A model generated the notes under the pieces. That model did not search any database, had not been told where the DNA came from, and worked only from the letters and a program-made list of their open reading frames with translations. From a virus, in IMG/VR virus record IMGVR_UViG_3300025674_000015: a DNA stretch of 64,000 nucleotides; one strand, given 5' to 3'. The translations under genes and the position numbers were made by a program. Every line of letters starts with the position of its first letter. Position 1 is the stretch's first letter. Below are positions 58,177-64,000 of this stretch, one piece after another.

Positions 58177-58842
58177 ATGAAAAAGATTATCATCTCTTTG
58201 GATTGTCCACTGCAAAAAGCAGTTAAAATCATGAAGCAAACAGGCGAAATGGAACAAGTTTATGGATATAAGATTGGATTTCATCTTGTTTTTACATTTG
58301 GTTTGATTCGTTGTGTGAATGAGGTAAAGTTCAGAGCGCCAAACAAGAAAGTGATCTATGATCATCAAAAAGGAGGAAACGACATCCCACAAATGGGAAT
58401 GAACTTTGCTTCTGCTATGAAAATGGCCGGCGTTGATGAAGCGATTCTGTTTCCTTTTGCCGGCCCTGACTCTTTGGATTTTTGGTTGAAAGAATTGAAA
58501 AAAAGAAACATTGAAACAATTGTTGGTGGTAAGATGACCCATCAAGGGTTTTCGAAAGAAGAAGGAGGTTTCTTTTCTGATGAAGATTCTTTGAAGATTT
58601 ACAAGCAAGCTGCTGATTTTGGAGTGAATAGGTTTGTGCTTCCTCCTAATAAACACGACTTTTATGAAAAAGTTTCAAGTCATGTTGAAGGGAACAAGAT
58701 TATCTATTCTCCCGGATTTGGAGCGCAAGGTTGCGAGGATAACTCTTATACAGATTATCCTATTATTGGAAGAAGCATTTATAACTCAGAAGATCCAAAA
58801 GAAAGTGTTTTGGAATGGTATGAAAAACTTTGTAAGGAATAA
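58177..58842 (+). CDS. pyrF: Orotidine-5'-phosphate decarboxylase-like protein
   Basis: ISLD, YKIG, YDHQKGGNDIP, SPGFGAQG, IIGRSIY. Confidence 0.75.
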   Translation: MKKIIISLDCPLQKAVKIMKQTGEMEQVYGYKIGFHLVFTFGLIRCVNEVKFRAPNKKVIYDHQKGGNDIPQMGMNFASAMKMAGVDEAILFPFAGPDSLDFWLKELKKRNIETIVGGKMTHQGFSKEEGGFFSDEDSLKIYKQAADFGVNRFVLPPNKHDFYEKVSSHVEGNKIIYSPGFGAQGCEDNSYTDYPIIGRSIYNSEDPKESVLEWYEKLCKE

Positions 58843-58857
58843 ACTTAGGAGAGTAAA

Positions 58858-59109
58858 ATGAAGTTCAATGTTTATCACGGTTCGTTTAAAAAGAAAGATG
58901 GTTCTATTCGAAGTATGAGGTTTGTGAAGCTGGATGAGATTCCAAAAGAAGCTCTTCCCGAAGGGAAAGGCGGAAAGAAAGCAAAGCTCCAAGAAGGAAT
59001 GGAGTTGGTTTGGGATATTGAGAACAATGGATACAGAGTGGTTAATCACAATACTCTATTGGGTGAATTGGTTTCTTATCATATGTCTGGAAATTTGAAT
59101 TTGAAATAA
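58858..59109 (+). CDS. Small SH3/WYL-like hypothetical protein
   Basis: FKKKDGSIR.M ... VWDIE..GYR. Confidence 0.5.
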   Translation: MKFNVYHGSFKKKDGSIRSMRFVKLDEIPKEALPEGKGGKKAKLQEGMELVWDIENNGYRVVNHNTLLGELVSYHMSGNLNLK

Positions 59110-59123
59110 TTTGAAAAAAGTTC

Positions 59124-59152
59124 TTGACTTTTTGAATTCGTTTTGATATGAT
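59124..59152 (+). promoter_or_regulatory. sigma70-type promoter
   Basis: TTGACT-17 nt-TATGAT with TG extension. Confidence 0.75.
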
Positions 59153-59195
59153 ATTACACAAGCTCGAAGCTGTTAACAACACAAAGGAGAAAACA

Positions 59196-59927
59196 ATGGC
59201 TATTGACATGAAAAAAATGAGAGAAAAGTACAACCGTCTGAAAAACAAAGGAGGCGGTAAAGACAATCTTTTCTGGAAACCGGAAGATGGAGAGCAAACC
59301 ATTCGTATTCTGCCCACTTCGGATGGCGATCCGTTCAAAGAGTTTTGGTTCTATTACGGACTGGACAAAGCTCCGACTCTTTGCCCGAAGCGTAACTTTG
59401 GTGATGAGTCCCCTGTTTTGGACTTTGCTTCCGAACTTTATCGCGAAGGCACTCCGGAGTCTATTGAAATGGCTAAGAAGCTGTTTCCAAAGCAAAGGTT
59501 CTTCTCGCCTGTCCTCGTTCGAGGAAAAGAAGAAGAAGGTGTGAAAATTTGGGGTTACTCCAAAACTGTTTATGAGCAACTGCTTCAATTGGTTTTGAAC
59601 CCCGACTACGGTGATATTACCGATACTGACACTGGAACTGACTTGGTTCTTGCTTATGGTAAAGCGCCGGGAGCAATGTTCCCCTCTACCACTCTTACTC
59701 CGAAGCGTCGAGCTTCGAAAGCATGCGAAGATGGTGATGAGGAATGCGCTCAACTTCTGGAAGCTATTCCGGACTTTGATGGCCTTTTCGAAAGAAAAAC
59801 CACACAAGATGTTCAAGCACTGCTTGATAGATATCTTGCTGGTGGTGACAAAGACGAAGTTGAGAAATACTCTTCTAATGTTGAAGACAAAGTTGGAAAG
59901 GCTTTCAACGAACTTCTTGGAGGTTGA
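59196..59927 (+). CDS. Single-stranded DNA-binding protein (gp32-like)
   Basis: FWKP..G...IRILP, CP, YGDITD..TGTD; ATG after AAGGAG; adjacent to recA. Confidence 0.75.
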   Translation: MAIDMKKMREKYNRLKNKGGGKDNLFWKPEDGEQTIRILPTSDGDPFKEFWFYYGLDKAPTLCPKRNFGDESPVLDFASELYREGTPESIEMAKKLFPKQRFFSPVLVRGKEEEGVKIWGYSKTVYEQLLQLVLNPDYGDITDTDTGTDLVLAYGKAPGAMFPSTTLTPKRRASKACEDGDEECAQLLEAIPDFDGLFERKTTQDVQALLDRYLAGGDKDEVEKYSSNVEDKVGKAFNELLGG

Positions 59928-59930
59928 TAA

Positions 59931-61013
59931 ATGACCGCTGGCAAAGTAGACATGGATGTGTACCGCAAGCTGCTGAATAAAAAGGTGGGCATGACGGTTG
60001 CACACAACCTCAACAAAGAAAATCCAACAGAAGTCAAAGAATGGATTCCCACCGGCTCACGCTGGTTGGACTCTATCATTTGCAGAGGCCAATTGGCTGG
60101 CATTCCTGTTGGAAAAATCACGGAGATTGCAGGACTTGAAGCTAGTGGGAAAAGCTTCATGGCTGCACAAATTGCTGGTAACGCACAAAAGATGGGCATT
60201 AGAGTTGCTTACTTTGACGCTGAATCAGCAATTGATCCTACTTTCTTGGCAAAAGCTGGTTGCAATGTTGATGACTTGCTTTATGTCCAAGCAGCATCTG
60301 TTGAAAAAGTATTCGAAATGATTGAAACTCTTTTGGCAGATGAAGAGAAATGGCTGTTTATTTGGGATTCCCTAGCGCACACTCCTGCGGAGAAAGATGT
60401 TGAAGGTGACTTCAACCCTCAATCTTCTATGGCAATGAAAGCTAGGATTCTTTCCAAAGCCTTCTCTAAGGTGACGATTCCTTTGGCAAATACACAATCA
60501 ACTTTCTTGATTGTTAATCAGCTTAAAACGAATATCACCAGTAATATTGCAGAAGCTTTGACTACTCCTTATTTCACACCGGGAGGTAAAGCTGCTCATT
60601 ACACCTATTCTTTGAGAATCTGGCTTACCGCCAGAAAAGCAAAGGCTGCTTACATTTTGGACTCCAATGGGGTCAGGATTGGTTCCGAAGTGAAAGTCAA
60701 ACTTGAAAAGTCTCGCTTTGGCTCCGCCGGAAGGACTTGCAACTTTAAGTTGCTTTGGGGTCAGCAAGTGGGAATTCAAGATGAGGAAAGTTGGCTTGAT
60801 GCCATCAGAGGCTCTGAAAGGTTGAAAACCGCAGGGGCTTGGTACACTCTAACTTCGAAAGAAGGAAGAGAGTTTAAGTTTCAATTGAAACAGTGGGTCG
60901 AGAAACTTCAAGACCCAGAGTTTAGACAAGTTATCTTTGACGTTATGGATGAGCATGTAATCTATAAGCCAGCCGAAGATAACGAAGACGCATTACAAAC
61001 ACAGGAGGATTAA
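59931..61013 (+). CDS. recA: RecA/UvsX recombinase
   Basis: WIPTG, G.P.G.ITEIAGLEASGKS, FDAE, WDS, NQLK, TPGG. Confidence 0.92.
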   Translation: MTAGKVDMDVYRKLLNKKVGMTVAHNLNKENPTEVKEWIPTGSRWLDSIICRGQLAGIPVGKITEIAGLEASGKSFMAAQIAGNAQKMGIRVAYFDAESAIDPTFLAKAGCNVDDLLYVQAASVEKVFEMIETLLADEEKWLFIWDSLAHTPAEKDVEGDFNPQSSMAMKARILSKAFSKVTIPLANTQSTFLIVNQLKTNITSNIAEALTTPYFTPGGKAAHYTYSLRIWLTARKAKAAYILDSNGVRIGSEVKVKLEKSRFGSAGRTCNFKLLWGQQVGIQDEESWLDAIRGSERLKTAGAWYTLTSKEGREFKFQLKQWVEKLQDPEFRQVIFDVMDEHVIYKPAEDNEDALQTQED

Positions 61014-61014
61014 A

Positions 61015-61245
61015 ATGCGAAGTAAAAACCCATATGAATTGAGATTTGATATCTTTCATGCTGCCCAGAGCAGGAAAATGGATCAATATTACGAAAGTAT
61101 GACTGACTACCGTCAAGCGTGGAACCTTTCTCAAGAAGGCCGTTCGGTCGATGTTCCAGTCCGTCCAGAATTTCCCACCTTGGACGAAGTCTTCAACGAA
61201 GCTTATCGCATCAAAGCTTTTGTAGAAGAGCGCGAAGATAACTAA
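61015..61245 (+). CDS. Small hypothetical protein
   Basis: AGGAGG RBS; KNPYELR...FPT.DEV...A..IK.FV. Confidence 0.65.
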   Translation: MRSKNPYELRFDIFHAAQSRKMDQYYESMTDYRQAWNLSQEGRSVDVPVRPEFPTLDEVFNEAYRIKAFVEEREDN

Positions 61246-61259
61246 TATCTTCCAAACCT

Positions 61260-61281
61260 GAAGCCCGAAAGGGCTTCTTTT
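61260..61281 (+). terminator. GNRA hairpin / terminator directly before the tRNA cluster
   Basis: GAAGCCC-GAAA-GGGCTTC-TTTT. Confidence 0.6.
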
Positions 61282-61355
61282 CGACTCGTAGCTCAGCAGG
61301 TAAGAGCGCACAACTTATAATTGTGAGGACGAGGGTTCAAATCCCTCCGGGTCAA
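61282..61355 (+). tRNA. tRNA-Ile(UAU)
   Basis: D arm GCTC/GAGC, anticodon arm CACAA-CTTATAA-TTGTG, T arm GAGGG-TTCAAAT-CCCTC; no encoded CCA. Confidence 0.85.
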
Positions 61356-61359
61356 TTTT

Positions 61360-61432
61360 TCCGATATAGCTCAGTTGGTAGAGCAGGTGGCTGTTAACCA
61401 CCTTGTCGCAGGTTCGAGTCCTGCTGTCGGAG
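61360..61432 (+). tRNA. tRNA-Asn(GUU)
   Basis: GGTGG-CTGTTAA-CCACC; GTTCGAGTC T loop. Confidence 0.92.
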
Positions 61433-61440
61433 CAAATTTT

Positions 61441-61522
<82 letters not shown>

Positions 61523-61547
61523 CTAATTTCCAACAAAGGAGAATAAA

Positions 61548-61799
61548 ATGTCAAAGATTAAAATCACAGAACACCCTGAATTAACCTTACTTTGTAAACA
61601 ATACATTGATGGAGATAGAGAAGATAAGCAGATTGTTTGGATGGAGATGGCCGATCTTTGTTTGGAAAAGAGTCTGAACCATCATCTTTTCTTTGAAGAG
61701 TATTGCAGAGTTCACGGAGTTGGTCTTTTTGAAGGTCAAAAAAAGAAAAAGAAAGCCAGACCATCTAACAGAGAAATGAAAAGGATGAAGAAAAGATGA
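61548..61799 (+). CDS. Hypothetical protein
   Basis: AAGGAG RBS, 83 aa. Confidence 0.6.
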   Translation: MSKIKITEHPELTLLCKQYIDGDREDKQIVWMEMADLCLEKSLNHHLFFEEYCRVHGVGLFEGQKKKKKARPSNREMKRMKKR

Positions 61800-61818
61800 A
61801 ACCAAACGACTTATCTAT
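61707..61818 (+). repeat. Imperfect direct repeat, copy 1 (copy 2 at 63669-63768)
   Basis: Shared GTCTTTTTGAAGGTCAAAAAA, CCAGACCATCTAACA, ATGAAGAAAAGATGA and ACTTATCTAT blocks. Confidence 0.85.
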
Positions 61819-62887
61819 CAATGAAAGTAGCGAAAAACTAAGAATAGGCTATCTTGCTATGAGTAAGAGGATAGAATCAGGTTCTTACCGCATATGGGTT
61901 CATGATTATAATCAGTATTTTAAAGATATCGGAGTTGACTCAGAGATAATTCTAATTTCTGAAGACAACGCAGTTGAAAAAATAGGTAATCGTGACATTA
62001 TAATCATAGGCAAATGTCTTCACCATAATCTTAGTTCTATAGTTGGCTACATAAAGAGTGTTAATTCTAGCATTGTTATTGGAACAATAAATCCTCCTAG
62101 AAACGCTAGTCCGGATGGAATTGATTTTGCCATGGTAGGTTCCATGGAGGAGTTTGATAGCTTATCATTTTACAAAAATGTAATTTTGATTCCACTTATA
62201 GAATCGATCTATCACTATAGTGAGATTAAAAAACATAAAAAAGAAGATATTTTAAAGATATGCTACCATGGCTGGACTCCTCACCTTTTTTCTTTTGTGT
62301 GCGGATTGAAGGAAGCATTAGAGAGATTTTCAAAAGAAAGAAAAATTGAACTTCATATTATTTCTGAAAAATCGCAAAATGAATTTAACTGGCGACATGA
62401 AAATGGATTGCCAGAAGGCATATCAGTCTTGTTTAAAAAATGGAATATTAATACAGTAAAAGAAAATTTGCAATCCTGTGACATAGGAATATGTCCCGGT
62501 GTATATGATATGACAGATGTTGAGCTTACCGTTAACAATAAGGTTGGTAAATTTTCAACCGATTACGTAATGAGATACAAAAATAAAACAAATAACGGGC
62601 GAGCCTTAGTTTTTATGTCTTTGGGGGTGCCGGTTGTTTCAGATTTTAGTCCTAGTAATTTTCATCTATTCGGAGACTCAATCGCCGGCGCAGTTGCTCA
62701 TACACCCCTAGGGTGGTATAAGGCATTAAGTAGATTTAGTGATCATAATGAAAGAAATAAGACTTCTGAGTATGCAAAAAAGTTTTTAGAAAAATATTAT
62801 AACCCTCATGTGTGGGCAAGGAGGTGTTATGAACAGATGTTGAGAATATGGAAAGAAAAAAATAATAGTTTAATTATTGGAGCTTAG
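61796..62887 (+). CDS. Glycosyltransferase-like protein (GT-B type)
   Basis: SGSYR start, ICYHG, CDIGICP...KTNNGR...FMSLGVPVV. Confidence 0.6.
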   Translation: MKPNDLSINESSEKLRIGYLAMSKRIESGSYRIWVHDYNQYFKDIGVDSEIILISEDNAVEKIGNRDIIIIGKCLHHNLSSIVGYIKSVNSSIVIGTINPPRNASPDGIDFAMVGSMEEFDSLSFYKNVILIPLIESIYHYSEIKKHKKEDILKICYHGWTPHLFSFVCGLKEALERFSKERKIELHIISEKSQNEFNWRHENGLPEGISVLFKKWNINTVKENLQSCDIGICPGVYDMTDVELTVNNKVGKFSTDYVMRYKNKTNNGRALVFMSLGVPVVSDFSPSNFHLFGDSIAGAVAHTPLGWYKALSRFSDHNERNKTSEYAKKFLEKYYNPHVWARRCYEQMLRIWKEKNNSLIIGA

Positions 62888-62891
62888 TAAG

Positions 62892-63650
62892 ATGGATAAA
62901 TTAGATAAAGGTTTTTTATATATTGCTTTCGGTGATTCTTTTACAAAAGAGGCTTTAATGTCTATCAAGTCATTAAAGAGGTTTAATGATGAACCGGTCG
63001 CTTTATATACTGATCAGGAATTGCCTAATGATATAAAAAGTTTAGTCGACTTATACGCCAAAATAGAACCTAGGCATATAAGGGCTAAGGTTGATTTTAT
63101 TGATAAGACACCGTTTAAGAAAACCGTATACCTAGACTCTGATACTGTGATAGCAAGAAACATATCAGATATGTTTGAGATATTAGAACGTTTTGATGTA
63201 GGCCTAGTCCATGATTATGCCAGAAAAAGATTAAAATACTCTAAATTAGTTCCTGAATATGCTAATATACCTTACGCTTTTTCTGAATTTAACGGTGGTA
63301 TTATGGCATACAATGACTCTGAAAGTTCTACAATGTTTTTGAATAGGTGGAAAGAGTATTTTTATAAATATTACCAACAGACTAGTGGGTGGGATCAGGT
63401 TAGCTTAAGGGTTTCCTTGTGGGAGAGTGATGTAAGAATACACACGTTTCCTTTTGAGTACAACATAAGAGGGAAATCTACTAGGGAAAAAGTTAGAAAT
63501 TTAAAAGGCGAGTTTGGAGATGATCATTTAGAGCCTAGAATATACCACGTACACTATGATAGGGAAGTTCATTTCGGCAAGTTTCAATATACCTTAAATG
63601 ACCTTGATGAGTTTGAGAAAAAGATAAAAAATCAATGCATGGACTACTAA
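62892..63650 (+). CDS. Glycosyltransferase (GT-A, GT8-like)
   Basis: TPFKKTVYLDSD (DxD), FNGG, DQVSLR, EYN. Confidence 0.75.
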   Translation: MDKLDKGFLYIAFGDSFTKEALMSIKSLKRFNDEPVALYTDQELPNDIKSLVDLYAKIEPRHIRAKVDFIDKTPFKKTVYLDSDTVIARNISDMFEILERFDVGLVHDYARKRLKYSKLVPEYANIPYAFSEFNGGIMAYNDSESSTMFLNRWKEYFYKYYQQTSGWDQVSLRVSLWESDVRIHTFPFEYNIRGKSTREKVRNLKGEFGDDHLEPRIYHVHYDREVHFGKFQYTLNDLDEFEKKIKNQCMDY

Positions 63651-63668
63651 TCTTCACCAGACACATAT

Positions 63669-63768
63669 AGAGCTCATGGAGTTAGTCTTTTTGAAGGTCA
63701 AAAAACCAGACCATCTAACAAAGAAATGAAAAAAATGAAGAAAAGATGATATCAAAAAACTTATCTAT
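63669..63768 (+). repeat. Imperfect direct repeat, copy 2
   Basis: Matches 61707-61818 with a short deletion in the A-rich tract. Confidence 0.85.
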
Positions 63769-64000
63769 TATTCGAGAAGAGCTTTCCAAGAAGACTCCAG
63801 ACTTTAGGCTTGTTCACGAACTTTCTAAGAGAGATCAGATGCTAATAGATTATGTTGAGCGGCATCTTATAGATCTTGGAATCAGAAAGCAACTGTTGGA
63901 TGATTGTTGTAAAAATATGACCATCTTCCCATCTTTTGAAAGTTACACAGAGATCGAAGAAACTTACCTGAAAGCTTTAGGATGGAGAAAAAGACAATTA
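63746..64000 (+). CDS. Hypothetical protein, 5' part (runs off the window)
   Basis: MISKNLSIIREELSKKTPDFRLVHE... open to the window end. Confidence 0.55.
   Translation, partial: MISKNLSIIREELSKKTPDFRLVHELSKRDQMLIDYVERHLIDLGIRKQLLDDCCKNMTIFPSFESYTEIEETYLKALGWRKRQL

Noticed and set aside
59154-60005. 283-aa minus-strand ORF
   Set aside because: Antisense shadow of the codon-biased SSB and recA genes; no motifs
26844-61013. Introns, inteins or homing endonucleases in terminase, polymerase or recA
   Set aside because: Genes are uninterrupted and of normal or short length; no intein or HNH/LAGLIDADG motifs seen

Overview
A 64-kb, AT-rich, densely packed segment of a large T4-like myovirus genome. 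Essentially all real genes are on the + strand, under standard code 11. Order: virion/baseplate-type genes (1-9.2 kb); RuvC-like resolvase, primase and a fused SbcD-SbcC (Mre11-Rad50) nuclease (9.3-14.3 kb); a 12-kb accessory block (14.3-26.8 kb) whose proteins share N-terminal leaders resembling capsid-targeting signals, with an embedded candidate lysis cassette; terminase, portal, prohead protease, ribosomal protein bS21, scaffold and major capsid protein (26.8-39.1 kb); neck, sheath, tube, frameshifted tail chaperone, tape measure and baseplate (40.6-53.8 kb); and an early/replication block under canonical sigma70 promoters (minimal family-A DNA polymerase, tubulin-like protein, PyrF, SSB, RecA), followed by three tRNAs and a repeat-flanked glycosyltransferase cassette. 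Most notable: (i) a family of leader-tagged putative head-packaged cargo proteins, (ii) a kissing-loop structured RNA right after the capsid gene, (iii) a +1/-2 slippery site in the tail chaperone, (iv) a CTA(T/A/G)TTA late-promoter motif, and (v) a leader-peptide/attenuator-like element before the prohead protease. All product calls come from motifs and synteny seen by eye; no database searches were run.
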